Positions 49,996-60,635 of a stretch of 64,000 bases of DNA are shown piece by piece. This stretch comes from Candidatus Latescibacterota bacterium (GTDB lineage Bacteria > Latescibacterota > UBA2968): contig OZ242311.1 of the NCBI GenBank assembly GCA_965207885.1, positions 1,920,001 through 1,984,000 of the forward strand, in the 5' to 3' direction. Positions within the stretch are counted from its first letter, which is position 1. Each line of letters starts with the position of its first letter. The notes beneath the pieces were generated by a model. The model did not search any database, was not told the origin of the DNA, and saw only the letters and a program-made list of their open reading frames with translations. Made by a program: the position numbers and the translations under genes.

Positions 49996-51426
49996 ATGCA
50001 CAATCTTGAAACACATCCTTTTGCAGCGTTATTCGGCGTTGATGAAAGCGTGGCTGCGCAGGCATTGTCCGAAGCGATGTCCCGAGGTGCCGAATTTGCC
50101 GATCTGTATTTTCAGCATGTGCGTACCACTTCTCTCAGTTTGGAAGATGGCATTATTTCCAGTGCCAATACAGGCGTTGATCAGGGTGTGGGGATTCGCG
50201 CGGTGATTGGAGATCAGGTTGGCTATGCTTTTTCCGAGAGTTTAGAGGCAGATGCGATTTATGCGGCTGCCCGGACAGCGGCTGCGATAGCAGAGGGCAC
50301 AAAAAATGTGCCGCCGCAACACCTGCAGGGCAGAGAGGTTGACAATTACTACGCGATTGACCGCGACTGGGATGAGGTCAATATTACCGAACGCCTGCCA
50401 CTGGTGCAGAATGCGGAAACTCTGACCCGCGCAATGGATCCCGCAATAGAAAAGGTGTCTGTGGGGTGGATGGATAGAGATGAGTGCGTGCTCATTGTGA
50501 CCAGCGATGGTGTTTTCAATACGGATCGGCGGCCTATGGCGACGCTGTATTGTTCGGTGACTGCCAATAAGAATGGCGTGCGGCAGAGCAATGGGGCTTC
50601 GGTTTCCCGGCGCGAGGGGATTGGCTATTTTACCGAAGAGAATATCAAAGCGGTCTGTCAAAAGGCGGTTGATCGCACGATGATTCTCTTTGAGGCGCAG
50701 CGCCCACCCGCTGGCGAGATGCCGGTGGTGCTTGCAGCAGGTGCTTCGGGTATTTTGCTCCACGAGGCGATTGGGCACGGTCTGGAAGCGGATTTTAACC
50801 GCAAGGGGACTTCTATTTACGCGACGATGATAAACGAGAAAGTCGCCCCGGATTTTGTAACGATTGTCGATGATGGCTTGCAGGAAAATGATCGCGGAGC
50901 GCTCAATGTAGATGACGAGGGTCAGGCTACTGCGTGTACGACGCTTATTGAAAACGGCGTCTTAAAAAGCTATTTACACGATCGCATTTCGGCCAGGCAC
51001 TACGGGGTTGCACCCACGGGGTCGGGACGGCGTGAGAGTTTTCGGCATGTTCCTATGCCGCGTATGCGATCTACGTATATGCTCGACGGTCCCCACTCCC
51101 GCGACGAGATTATTGGCGCTGTCGATTACGGCATTATTGCCGATACGTTTACCAATGGGCAGGTGCAAATAGGCGCGGGAGATTTTACTTTTTATATCAA
51201 GAATGGATGGCTTATCGAAGGCGGCAAAATCACCGCGCCGATCAAGGATGTCAATATTATTGGCAATGGTCCCGAGGCTTTGAAAAATGTGGTTATGGCA
51301 GCAGGCGATGCCGTGTTGGATGATGGTAGCTGGACGTGTGGAAAAAATGGACAGGGTGTGCCCGTTTCGATGGGTGTTCCGACGATGCTGGTGGAAAAGA
51401 GTATGACTGTGGGTGGGGTGAACTAA
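49996..51426 (+). CDS. tldD: TldD metalloprotease subunit
   Basis: LLHEAIGHGLEADFNRKG, PMPRM, CGKNGQGVPV. Confidence 0.93.
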   Translation: MHNLETHPFAALFGVDESVAAQALSEAMSRGAEFADLYFQHVRTTSLSLEDGIISSANTGVDQGVGIRAVIGDQVGYAFSESLEADAIYAAARTAAAIAEGTKNVPPQHLQGREVDNYYAIDRDWDEVNITERLPLVQNAETLTRAMDPAIEKVSVGWMDRDECVLIVTSDGVFNTDRRPMATLYCSVTANKNGVRQSNGASVSRREGIGYFTEENIKAVCQKAVDRTMILFEAQRPPAGEMPVVLAAGASGILLHEAIGHGLEADFNRKGTSIYATMINEKVAPDFVTIVDDGLQENDRGALNVDDEGQATACTTLIENGVLKSYLHDRISARHYGVAPTGSGRRESFRHVPMPRMRSTYMLDGPHSRDEIIGAVDYGIIADTFTNGQVQIGAGDFTFYIKNGWLIEGGKITAPIKDVNIIGNGPEALKNVVMAAGDAVLDDGSWTCGKNGQGVPVSMGVPTMLVEKSMTVGGVN

Positions 51427-52743
51427 ATGGAACGAGAACTACTTCAACAGGCAGAGCAGGCGATTGAGCAAGCGCGAAGAGCAGGTGCGAATGATGCGAT
51501 AGCGCGGGTGCGGGATGAAAACAGCACGGAGTACACGTATCGCGATGGTAATATTGAGCAGGTTCAACAAAGTGCTACCCGCGGCTTGAGCATTCAATTG
51601 TATGTCAATGGGCGGTATTCAACACACCAGACCTCGGATTTGCGCGCGGCGTCAGTTGCCCGGTTTATCGAAGATGCGGTTGCGCTGACGCAGCATCTGG
51701 CCGAAGATCCGCATCGCGTTATTCCCGATGCCGCGCTGTATGAAGGTCGGCCGGATACCGATCTTCAATCCGACGATGTTGTGGTGCGCGATTTGCCCCG
51801 CGAGGCGTGTATTGATTGGCTAAAAAAAATGGATGCTGTCACCCATACAGATTACCGCGTGGTGAGTGCTACCGCTGATGCCTACTATGGCTGGAATACG
51901 TCGGCTCGGGTGAGTTCAAATGGATTTTCGGGGATACAGAGCGGGACTTCGATAGGCTATGGCGCGAGTGTGACGCTAAAAGAGGGCGAGCATGGGCGTC
52001 CCGAAGATCATCGCTATGTGCGGGCGCATCATTTGTCGGATTTGCCCGATCCGGAGGTGGTTGCGCGCGAGGGACTCGACCGCGCACTTTCCCGATTGGG
52101 TAGCGAAAAAGCACCGAGTGGACAGGCGACTATGGTGGTTGATCCCGAAGCGGGCGGGCGTTTGATTGGGGCGATATGGGGGGCGTTGCAGGCGCGCAGC
52201 GTTCAGCAGAACCGGTCTTTTTTGAGAAATAAAAAGGACGCGCAAATTGCCAGTTCGCTCCTGACGGTGGCAGATGATCCCCTGATGGTGCGCGGTCTCG
52301 CATCTCGGCATTACGATGGCGAGGGCATTTCGGCAAAGCGCAGGTGTGTCGTCGATCAGGGCGTTTTGCAAATGTATTACGTCGATACGTATTACGGGCG
52401 CAAACTCGGCTGGGATCCTACAACTGGAATGTCGTCTAATCTCGTTTTTGCACCGGGTGAGAAAGATCTCAATGGTCTGATTGCAGAGATCGAGGATGGC
52501 TTTCACGTCACGTCGTGGCTCGGTGGCAATGCCGATACGACGACTGGGGATTTTTCTTATGGTTTTCGCGGCTTTCGCATTGCCAATGGGCAGAGAACAG
52601 GTGCGGTATCGGAAATGAATATCGCTGGCAATTTTCTCGATCTGTTGCAAAATCTCGTCGCCGTGGGCAATGATCCCAATGTCTATTCCAGCGTGCAAAC
52701 GCCTACTCTAATTTTTGACAATGTGGCGTTTAGCGGGAAGTAG
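51427..52743 (+). CDS. pmbA: PmbA/TldE subunit
   Basis: DDPL..GLASRHYDGEG, TTGDFS, VSEMNIAGN; no HExxH; adjacent to tldD. Confidence 0.88.
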   Translation: MERELLQQAEQAIEQARRAGANDAIARVRDENSTEYTYRDGNIEQVQQSATRGLSIQLYVNGRYSTHQTSDLRAASVARFIEDAVALTQHLAEDPHRVIPDAALYEGRPDTDLQSDDVVVRDLPREACIDWLKKMDAVTHTDYRVVSATADAYYGWNTSARVSSNGFSGIQSGTSIGYGASVTLKEGEHGRPEDHRYVRAHHLSDLPDPEVVAREGLDRALSRLGSEKAPSGQATMVVDPEAGGRLIGAIWGALQARSVQQNRSFLRNKKDAQIASSLLTVADDPLMVRGLASRHYDGEGISAKRRCVVDQGVLQMYYVDTYYGRKLGWDPTTGMSSNLVFAPGEKDLNGLIAEIEDGFHVTSWLGGNADTTTGDFSYGFRGFRIANGQRTGAVSEMNIAGNFLDLLQNLVAVGNDPNVYSSVQTPTLIFDNVAFSGK

Positions 52744-52770
52744 AATGAGTGGCATTAGAGAGGGTACATA

Positions 52771-54054
52771 ATGTCTGCCGCGTCAAAAACGCTGCGCCAT
52801 ATTGCATTGGATATCCTCTGCCGCGTTGAACGGGGCGCGTATCTCGACCGTTTGCTCGACGCGCAGCGCGAACATATTCGCGGTCCCGATGGCGATTTGC
52901 TTCAGCATCTCGTTCGGGGTACGCTGACCTATCGGGCGCGGCTCGATCATATCTTGACGCCCTATCTCAAAAAACCCCTGTCCAGACAGCACGCCAAACT
53001 CCGCAATCTCCTGCGCCTCGGTGTTTATCAACTCCAGTATCTCGACCGCGTGCCGCCTTATGCGGTTGTTTCTGAATCCGTTATTCTCGCCCGTCACATT
53101 CTCGGGGAGCCGATTGCGAAATTGGTCAATGCTGTGTTGCGCAGTGTGGCCGAAGATCGCAGACCTGTTGTTTTTCCCGATTTTGATAGCGATCCCGTCG
53201 AATATCTCGCTATTACGACATCACATCCCCAATGGCTCGTTGCGCGGTGGATCAAACGCTACGGTGTGGATGAGACACGCGCCCTGTGTGAATTTGACAA
53301 CGCCCAACCCACCCTGACCATTCGCCCCAATGCGTTGCGAACGACGTCCAATGCCCTGCGCGAGCAACTCGCTCTCGAAGGGATTGACACAGAATTTGCA
53401 GCATCCAACCTTCTCGCCGTATCCCATGTGGGCCACCTTTTTCAGAGCAGGGCTTATTGCGCTGGTCTCTTTAGCGTTCAAGGCGCAGGGGCTGCGATGG
53501 TTGTTCCCCTGCTCGATCCGCAACCTGGCGAGGCTGTTCTGGATCTGTGCAGTGCGCCCGGCGGCAAAACCACTGCTATGGCCGAGCGCATGAAAAATCG
53601 GGGTTTTATTCTCGCCACAGATCTCTATCCGCGCCGTCTCGAAATGCTAAAAAAAAACACGCACCGACTCGGGGTTACATGTGTTTATCCTCTCGCTGCC
53701 GATGCGCGTTATCTGGCTGTCAATCGCTTATTTGACCGCGTTCTGGTCGATGCGCCCTGTTCCTCGCTGGGTATTCTGAATCACCATCCCGATCTGCGCT
53801 GGCGGAAATTCGATATTCACGGTCTTGCACATTTGCAGCGGACGCTTCTCGATAGCGCTGCGGATTACGTCTGTCCAGGTGGTGTTCTCGTCTATAGCAC
53901 TTGTACCCTCGAACCCGAAGAAAATGAGCGCGTTGTCGAAGGCTTTTTAAGCGATCATCCGGGCTTTCAAATCACCCATCCCTATCTGCAATTGCTGCCC
54001 CATCAAACTGGTAACGACGGTGTTTTTGCCGCGCGGTTGAAGTGCTCCGTTTAG
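52771..54054 (+). CDS. rsmB: 16S rRNA m5C967 methyltransferase
   Basis: NusB-like N-terminus; SHPQWLV, LDLCSAPGGKT, VDAPCS, YSTCT. Confidence 0.92.
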   Translation: MSAASKTLRHIALDILCRVERGAYLDRLLDAQREHIRGPDGDLLQHLVRGTLTYRARLDHILTPYLKKPLSRQHAKLRNLLRLGVYQLQYLDRVPPYAVVSESVILARHILGEPIAKLVNAVLRSVAEDRRPVVFPDFDSDPVEYLAITTSHPQWLVARWIKRYGVDETRALCEFDNAQPTLTIRPNALRTTSNALREQLALEGIDTEFAASNLLAVSHVGHLFQSRAYCAGLFSVQGAGAAMVVPLLDPQPGEAVLDLCSAPGGKTTAMAERMKNRGFILATDLYPRRLEMLKKNTHRLGVTCVYPLAADARYLAVNRLFDRVLVDAPCSSLGILNHHPDLRWRKFDIHGLAHLQRTLLDSAADYVCPGGVLVYSTCTLEPEENERVVEGFLSDHPGFQITHPYLQLLPHQTGNDGVFAARLKCSV

Positions 54055-55535
54055 GCCAACTCGTAGTGTCTGGGGTCAGGTAGTGGCACTGGCCGGGCAT
54101 CTTCGGTGTTGATGCTCCAGTCGGCCAGTCGCAGACGCATGGCGGCGAGGGCGTCGCGATGTTGATCTTCGTCGATCACATTGACCAACTCGCCTGGGTC
54201 GGCGACGAGGTCGTAGAGTTCGTCGCGGTCCCCCATGGGGTCGTGGACGTATTTCCACTGGCGGGTGCGGACCATCTTGCACCGACCAGCTGCCTCGCGC
54301 CACTGCAAGGTGTCAATCAAGGTCTTGCGGCCCCAGGGTTGAGGTAGCTTTTCCAGGTCGGCCATAGTAAAGAGCGGTCCTCCGCTTCCGTATTCGGAAA
54401 AAGTCGCGTCCCGGGGTGCGGTTGCGGTTACAGTGGGTAGCGGTATTCCGTGCATGGAATGCGGTTGGGCCATTCCTTGCAAGTGCAACAGCGTGGGTAC
54501 CACGTCAATCAGATTGGCCATGCTCTGATCGCGCACCCCGGCGGTGACCTGCCCGGGCCAGGAGACGATCAGCGGCACCCGCGTCAGGCTGTCGTAGAAG
54601 ACGCCGCCCTTGCACTGCATGGCGTGTTCTCCCATAAAGTCGCCGTGGTCCGAACAAAAGACGACAATTGTCTGTTCTCGTAGCCCCAGTGCCTCGAGTT
54701 TGTCGAGTATTTGACCGAGTGCGTCGTCGATAAAGCGCACCATGCCAAAATACGAGGCCATAACGCCGTAAACGTCTTCAATTGGATCGCGGTGCATCCC
54801 CAGCATCTGGTAGAGCACGCGGTTGCGCTCGGGCGCTCGCTCGTCGTCAAATTCCCCGTCGCGCCAGGGGGGAAGGTCAATATTTTCGGGTGGAAACAAG
54901 GCCGCGTACTCGGCCGGACATAGCCAGGGCTCGTGTGGATCGGGAAAGGAGACCCACAGGGCAAAGGGTTGGTCTTGGTACTTTTCGATAAAGCGCGTCG
55001 TCTGTCCGGCGATCAGGCCGGTGGAGTGATCCTCCAGGGGCAACTCGGAGGTGCCGTAGCTGAAGCGGGGGTTCTGATGGGCGAGCTGGCGATTTTCGGC
55101 GGCGACCTTGCGGCGGCCTTCTGCCGGGCGGAACCAGTCCATGCCCCGCGTCTCTTCGCCGCTACCGCCGTGGGTACCGGGGTTCCACACGTCGAAGAGG
55201 GCCAAATCCTCCTCCTGTTCGAAGCAGTGGTTTTTGCCGATTAGACCCGTGGCGTAGCCCGCTGCTTTCCAGAGTTGCCAGGCGTGTTCGGCACCGGCTG
55301 GCATCAAGGTCTGGTTGCGTCGGCCCCCGTGCGAGTGGGGAAACTGCGAGGTCCAAAATGAGATGCGTGCCGGCACGCAGAGGGGGTGCGGGGTGATGGC
55401 GTTTTCAAAGAGGACTCCGCTGTCTGCCAGGCGTTCCATCGACGGGGTTTGACAAAAGGTGTTGCCGTAGAGATGGCTGGCTGTGGCGCGCTGTTGGTCG
55501 GTCATGATTACCAGGATGTTGGGGCGGTCAGTCAT
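54051..55535 (-). CDS. Formylglycine-dependent sulfatase
   Basis: PNILVIMTDQQR, CVPAR, GKNH, SDHGD, ELYDLVADPGE. Confidence 0.92.
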   Translation of the reverse strand: MTDRPNILVIMTDQQRATASHLYGNTFCQTPSMERLADSGVLFENAITPHPLCVPARISFWTSQFPHSHGGRRNQTLMPAGAEHAWQLWKAAGYATGLIGKNHCFEQEEDLALFDVWNPGTHGGSGEETRGMDWFRPAEGRRKVAAENRQLAHQNPRFSYGTSELPLEDHSTGLIAGQTTRFIEKYQDQPFALWVSFPDPHEPWLCPAEYAALFPPENIDLPPWRDGEFDDERAPERNRVLYQMLGMHRDPIEDVYGVMASYFGMVRFIDDALGQILDKLEALGLREQTIVVFCSDHGDFMGEHAMQCKGGVFYDSLTRVPLIVSWPGQVTAGVRDQSMANLIDVVPTLLHLQGMAQPHSMHGIPLPTVTATAPRDATFSEYGSGGPLFTMADLEKLPQPWGRKTLIDTLQWREAAGRCKMVRTRQWKYVHDPMGDRDELYDLVADPGELVNVIDEDQHRDALAAMRLRLADWSINTEDARPVPLPDPRHYELA

Positions 55536-55554
55536 GGTGTTCTGCCTCGTTTTT

Positions 55555-56817
55555 TTATGCGGTTGCCGACATGGCTTTGCTCAATATTTCCGATGTGCTG
55601 GGGCGCATGATTCGGGGATCGACTTGTTCGCCGTTGCTGAGTGTGTCGCGCACTTGAGAGCCTGAGATAAAGACCGGTTGTTCATCGGGGTGATTTTCCA
55701 TCAAATCCACGCGTCCAAGTGATTCGTAATAGGCGGCAAATCCCACGTTCACGGGCTGAATTTGGAGGTCGCCATTCAGGTGCTCAAAAATTTCCTGTGC
55801 ATCGAAGTCTCCCCAGATCGCGCTGCCGTCGTGATAGGGGGCATCGGCGTGTTTGCGGCCGATGATGATGTCGGTGAATCCAAAGTTCTGGCGGTAAATG
55901 GCGTGCATGACGGCTTCTTTGGGTCCGGCGTAGAACATTTTGATGTCCAGCCCGAGCAAGATCACCCTGTTCGGTACAGATTCACCGCGTTTTTGCCACA
56001 GGTCCGCATCGCTATCCCCTTCGCCCAGTCCCCGAGATGCGATGAGTGCTTCGTAAGTTTGCATGCGAATCTCTGCGTTCACGTCGTCCGATTTGGTTTC
56101 GCCCACCAGGGGATTTAAGCACGCGCCTGCGTTGTGTCCCTGGTGCAGGAGGGTTTCCAAACCATATACCAGCGCGTATTCGTGTGCCCGATGCAGGGCA
56201 TTGCGCGTTTGAAATGCCACAACGCGGTTCCAGCCTTTTTGTGTCAGGAGAGGTCTGACTTCACGCGGGCTGAGGACGTATTGTCCAAAATGTGGATTTT
56301 TGGGTTGGGGTAGTACCTGAATTTCGCCGCCTATGAGATGGGTTTTGTCGGCATCGTCCTTCAGGACCATATCGGCACCGGGATGGTCTGTGCGGTCTGT
56401 TAAATATACGCGCTGGAGATATTTGGTTTTGTCCCATTCAAAGATGTCGCTGATGTCCAGTACCGCCACAGTTTCGCCAGATGTGTTTTCCAGCGCAACT
56501 TTTTGCCCAATCGAAAGGGTTTTGGCGAGATCGGAACTTACGGGTAGTGATATTGGGATCGTCCAGGCATAGCGCTTGCCGCCCACTTCGATGACGGATT
56601 CGTCGAGTACCCGATGATATGTTTGTGCATCCATTGGTCCTGTGAGCGGACTCAGCCCGCCGTCGCCGAAACGATAGACCGAGGATAGGTCTGCATCGCT
56701 GACCGGGACACGCGTCAGCCCGTTTGCTCTGGACAAAAATGTTTCAATATCTACTACCATGCGATTGACCGGTTCGGATAGACCACCGTGGGGTGCTATC
56801 AGGGGTGTATCGGACAT
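55555..56817 (-). CDS. sat: Sulfate adenylyltransferase (ATP sulfurylase)
   Basis: [53 protein letters not shown]. Confidence 0.92.
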   Translation of the reverse strand: MSDTPLIAPHGGLSEPVNRMVVDIETFLSRANGLTRVPVSDADLSSVYRFGDGGLSPLTGPMDAQTYHRVLDESVIEVGGKRYAWTIPISLPVSSDLAKTLSIGQKVALENTSGETVAVLDISDIFEWDKTKYLQRVYLTDRTDHPGADMVLKDDADKTHLIGGEIQVLPQPKNPHFGQYVLSPREVRPLLTQKGWNRVVAFQTRNALHRAHEYALVYGLETLLHQGHNAGACLNPLVGETKSDDVNAEIRMQTYEALIASRGLGEGDSDADLWQKRGESVPNRVILLGLDIKMFYAGPKEAVMHAIYRQNFGFTDIIIGRKHADAPYHDGSAIWGDFDAQEIFEHLNGDLQIQPVNVGFAAYYESLGRVDLMENHPDEQPVFISGSQVRDTLSNGEQVDPRIMRPSTSEILSKAMSATA

Positions 56818-56923
56818 TTGGATAAACCTCCTATTATTATGATATTCTTGATTTACTAAGTAATGAATATATCTTTGGCCTGTTTTCTGTCAAGAAAGAA
56901 AGCGGTTTTGGGCTTCTGCTGCT

Positions 56924-57979
56924 TCAACGCAATTCATCCCATTTGAATTCCAGGCGGATGAGATCCGGAGGCGATTCACGGAGGTGGAGAGATTTATAGG
57001 TTATGACATTGAAATACACTTTTTCTGCGCGCGTTGTGAAATAGGGCATCGCATAGTATCCGTCGGGTACAATCGCGCCTTCGTAATTGTCCAGTATGGC
57101 GTAGGAGAGGATGTCGAGTGATTCGGGATCAAATTTGAATAGGCATAGTTTCATACCGCGTATCGATTCCATGTAATTTCGACCGATAAAGTAGTAGCCG
57201 CCATCTCGCTTGAAAAGTCGCGGTCTGCCTATCTGAGCGCGTATGAATTTATAGGTCTCAGTCAGATTCACTTCTCTGATTAAGCGGAACGATCTATCGG
57301 TAACATGCATTCGCTGGATGCCGTCCAGTCCCCGCGTGTTGAAGATGTATCCGTCTTCATATCGCAGGAAGGATGTTTCATTGATGGGGGCGTTGCCAAA
57401 GGCTTTTGTGAGGTTTGCCACAAACTGCCAACTTTTCCCATTGTCATCGGATCGAATCACATCCACATTGGGACTGTTATTGCGATAATGCCGGTAAGGC
57501 GTCAGGAGCATCCAGGTTGTTTCTCTCTCTGTCAGAGATTCAAACGCATAGACATATTCCGTGCCGTTGATGGGGCCGAGTTTTTCTCCGCCTTCAAAAT
57601 GCACGCCATTATCCGAAGACCGATATGCCAGTAGCCCAAATTTGTCTTTGGAATTTGGGAAATGCGGATCTACGTACAGGCCAATATCCCCATTGGCGAA
57701 TCGGACAAATTCTCCGTTTTGAATGGTGAAACCATCCAGATGTGCGACAATTTTCCGATCCGAAATTGTCCCCGTGATGAGATTGTAGCGAAACATCTCC
57801 CAGTCGGCCGCTGGTTCTGTGTTGTGCCGGGTGCCGCGCTTGTAGGCGATCAGGACATTATGCTCGTCCAGAAACAAGAGGTGTGGGGCTTTCACATAAG
57901 GCAGTGTCTTTTGTTCTGCGGCTCGTATCAGGATTTCCTGGGTTTTGTAATGAGGCAGGATGGGGATATGAGGTTTCAT
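56924..57979 (-). CDS. BNR/Asp-box (sialidase-like) beta-propeller protein
   Basis: RSSDNGVHF and RSDDNGKSW Asp-boxes; INETS. Confidence 0.6.
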   Translation of the reverse strand: MKPHIPILPHYKTQEILIRAAEQKTLPYVKAPHLLFLDEHNVLIAYKRGTRHNTEPAADWEMFRYNLITGTISDRKIVAHLDGFTIQNGEFVRFANGDIGLYVDPHFPNSKDKFGLLAYRSSDNGVHFEGGEKLGPINGTEYVYAFESLTERETTWMLLTPYRHYRNNSPNVDVIRSDDNGKSWQFVANLTKAFGNAPINETSFLRYEDGYIFNTRGLDGIQRMHVTDRSFRLIREVNLTETYKFIRAQIGRPRLFKRDGGYYFIGRNYMESIRGMKLCLFKFDPESLDILSYAILDNYEGAIVPDGYYAMPYFTTRAEKVYFNVITYKSLHLRESPPDLIRLEFKWDELR

Positions 57980-57988
57980 GGTATTGTC

Positions 57989-58597
57989 CTACTGACAGTT
58001 GTCGCCCGCAAAAAAGGGAATGCCCTGAAGCCAGGTCTGAAAGGCGGCATTGGGCGGCGCGCATAGCTCCGTGTCTTGAAAGATGAATTCCTTTAGATTC
58101 GTCAGGTTTGTCAGGCTTTGGGGAAGTGGACCTGTCAGGCCATTCTGGTCGAGATACAGTCCCGTGAGGTTGGACAGGTTACTCAATTCAGAGGGGATTG
58201 ATCCGCTCAATGCATTTTTGGAAAGATACAGGTCCGTGAGGTTGGCCAGATTGCCCAATCCGGATGGGATAGGGCCATGCAACTGGTTATTGGAAAGGTT
58301 CAGTGTTTTGAGGTCGGACAGGTTGCCCAATACCCCGGGAAGCTCGCCCGTCAGGTTATTGTTGGCGAGTTCCAGGGATATGACCCGTTCATTAGAAACC
58401 GTGACGCCATGCCAGGTCGAAAGGTCGCTATCGCTCAGCCAATTTGTCTCGTTCGTCCAGTTTGCTCCATCAGTGGCATTGTACAGAGCCACCAGTACAT
58501 CGCGGTCTGCCTCCAGTGACTGTTCTGGTCCCGTGCTGTTATTCCCACAACTGAAAAGGAGAAATACCAGCATAATGTAAATGGGAAATGGTCGCAT
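57989..58597 (-). CDS. Lipoprotein with plant-receptor-type LRRs
   Basis: LFSC lipobox; DRDVLVALYNATDGANW cap; 24-aa LxxLxLxxNxLxGxIP repeats. Confidence 0.88.
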   Translation of the reverse strand: MRPFPIYIMLVFLLFSCGNNSTGPEQSLEADRDVLVALYNATDGANWTNETNWLSDSDLSTWHGVTVSNERVISLELANNNLTGELPGVLGNLSDLKTLNLSNNQLHGPIPSGLGNLANLTDLYLSKNALSGSIPSELSNLSNLTGLYLDQNGLTGPLPQSLTNLTNLKEFIFQDTELCAPPNAAFQTWLQGIPFFAGDNCQ

Positions 58598-58617
58598 TAT
58601 GCCATCCTAATATAAGA

Positions 58618-58655
58618 AAACAGGCACTTGCGAGAATATGCGTAAGTGCCTGTTT
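58618..58655. terminator. Hairpin/terminator downstream of tRNA-Lys
   Basis: AAACAGGCACTT...AAGTGCCTGTTT, 12-bp perfect arms. Confidence 0.72.
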
Positions 58656-58661
58656 AGATTA

Positions 58662-58737
<76 letters not shown>

Positions 58738-58756
58738 GTTTTTTCAGGTGATTGGA

Positions 58757-58785
58757 AATGTAAAGAAGCCACTATGCCTTGTCAA
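58757..58785 (-). promoter_or_regulatory. Sigma70 promoter of tRNA-Lys
   Basis: TTGACA-17 bp-TACATT. Confidence 0.72.
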
Positions 58786-58852
58786 GCATCTTGACTTTGA
58801 CTGCGATGGAGAGCAGGTCAACCGATCAGTTTATTGAGAGGTGTTGAAAATT

Positions 58853-59323
58853 TTACACTCCGGGGAGCTTAGGCTGGTAAGATAAATTCGGATGGCCGAT
58901 CCTGAGACCGGGATCGCCAATATTGCCATTCAGCTTTATCAAATCTTCATCAAATGTGTCGAGAGACGCCACTTGATACTCGACTGCCGTAGCTGCATGG
59001 ATGGAATCCTTCGGCTGAAGGTGGGAATATTCCCAGATCAAATTTCTGGCCGCCAAACCTATTGAAGTGTCAACTGGGCGGATGATGATAAATTCCTGTT
59101 CAAAAAATTTCTGAATCGTCTCTTCGTGTTCTTGACCGAGTGGCTGTTCTCCTCTTAGCTTGATCACTTCAACCAGTGTGATCGCCGAAGTGACAATGTG
59201 GACTTCATTGCGTTCCGCAGCCTCTATGACCCCCTGACACACATTTACCCTACCTGGTTCGTCGTTAAGCAGACCAAGAAAAACCGACGAATCCCAGTAC
59301 CTCAATTGACGTTTCTTGTTCAT
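58853..59323 (-). CDS. PIN-domain (VapC-like) ribonuclease
   Basis: YWDSSVFL, TSAITLVEV, PKDSIHAATA, TFDEDL acidic tetrad. Confidence 0.88.
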   Translation of the reverse strand: MNKKRQLRYWDSSVFLGLLNDEPGRVNVCQGVIEAAERNEVHIVTSAITLVEVIKLRGEQPLGQEHEETIQKFFEQEFIIIRPVDTSIGLAARNLIWEYSHLQPKDSIHAATAVEYQVASLDTFDEDLIKLNGNIGDPGLRIGHPNLSYQPKLPGV

Positions 59324-60084
59324 AGATTTTTGTAGATGCCAATAATGTCGGAAAAAGATGGGAGTTCATCGGAAGAAGCAAAAACTTTAAAATCTTCTAC
59401 ATGGATACTGGAAGGCTTTCCTTCTTTTCTATAGTTCACCATCCCATAAGCCTGTACGCGTTTGTCAAACGCCTTCAAGACTTCCTGTTTTAATTCGTTA
59501 GGAAAAAAACAGGTCACAGGATGATCTGTTAACCGGTCATAAATACGGAATTTATACTTCCCGCGACTCGTAATGGCTTGTAAGTAGCCTTCAACAGAAC
59601 CCAAAGTAGCGCGATGGACCTGAAACATTGCATCTACTGTTGCGACCGCACGTTTAGAAAGTGTTTGTCTGTGCTCGGAAAAATCAACACGCACGCGATT
59701 GAGTTCGTCATGCCCAACTTTTACCAAGTTTGCCAGAGATTTGGCAGACTTTAGGGCATCGTCATTGAAATAGCTGGGGCGATCTTCTCGCCCATCCTCA
59801 AGATGCGCTAAGCCATCAGAGATGAACTTGATCGCCTTGGGGACATCATCTTTGTGGGCAGTTTCTGGTTCAGGATCAAAATGAACAACAACACTTCCAG
59901 GTTCGACTGATACAACCCAGTCAACAGCCTTCCGCGTATCCATCACCTCATCAGAAACGGCATTTATGAGCTTGAATAGAGCATTAATCCCTTTGACGAA
60001 TTGTGTCCCTGGGATTTTGGGTCCCTCAAGCGTCAAAGTGATCCGATTTTGAGAACGATCTATATCCATTTCTTTTTGCTCCAT
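59320..60084 (-). CDS. Hypothetical 254-aa protein translationally coupled to the PIN gene (possible C-terminal OB-like fold)
   Basis: 4-nt overlap with the PIN gene; beta-rich C-terminus GSVEGYL..FRIYDRL..VTCFF..KRVQAYGMV. Confidence 0.7.
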   Translation of the reverse strand: MEQKEMDIDRSQNRITLTLEGPKIPGTQFVKGINALFKLINAVSDEVMDTRKAVDWVVSVEPGSVVVHFDPEPETAHKDDVPKAIKFISDGLAHLEDGREDRPSYFNDDALKSAKSLANLVKVGHDELNRVRVDFSEHRQTLSKRAVATVDAMFQVHRATLGSVEGYLQAITSRGKYKFRIYDRLTDHPVTCFFPNELKQEVLKAFDKRVQAYGMVNYRKEGKPSSIHVEDFKVFASSDELPSFSDIIGIYKNL

Positions 60085-60155
60085 TTGGTCTTACTCCGAT
60101 TTTGCTTCTCTCCGAGAGTGAGATAATAGCAAATTAAAGAAGCCCTTATACGATG

Positions 60156-60629
60156 TCAAGTCTTGCGAATATAAGTCCCGCTGCGTCCACCGCTTTTTTG
60201 CAAGAGACAGATTTCTCCGATGACCATGTTGCGATCTACTGCTTTACACATGTCGTATATGGTCAACAGGCCGACACTTACCGCGGTGAGCGCTTCCATT
60301 TCGACACCTGTGCGGTCGGGTACGCGCACGGTTGCACGCGCGATAATGCTTGCGTTTTCGATTTCAAAATTGAGTTCAACGCCCGTAATGCCCAGCGGGT
60401 GACACATTGGGATGAGGTCAGAGGTGCGCTTGGCAGCCATGATGCCCGCAATGCGCGCGGTTTCCAGCACATTGCCTTTGGGGATGTTTCCCCCAGTGAC
60501 GAGTTGCAGGGTTTCGGGTTGCATTTCAATTTTGCCCGATGCGATTGCCTCGCGGTCTGTCACAGCTTTATCTGTGACATCCACCATCTTCACGGATCCC
60601 TGTTCGTCAATATGTGTCAATTTAGCCAT
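60156..60629 (-). CDS. moaC: Cyclic pyranopterin monophosphate synthase
   Basis: LTHIDEQG..MVDV, ARIAGIMAAKRTSDLIPMCHP, TGVEMEAL, IYDMCKAVD. Confidence 0.97.
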   Translation of the reverse strand: MAKLTHIDEQGSVKMVDVTDKAVTDREAIASGKIEMQPETLQLVTGGNIPKGNVLETARIAGIMAAKRTSDLIPMCHPLGITGVELNFEIENASIIARATVRVPDRTGVEMEALTAVSVGLLTIYDMCKAVDRNMVIGEICLLQKSGGRSGTYIRKT

Positions 60630-60635
60630 GATCTG

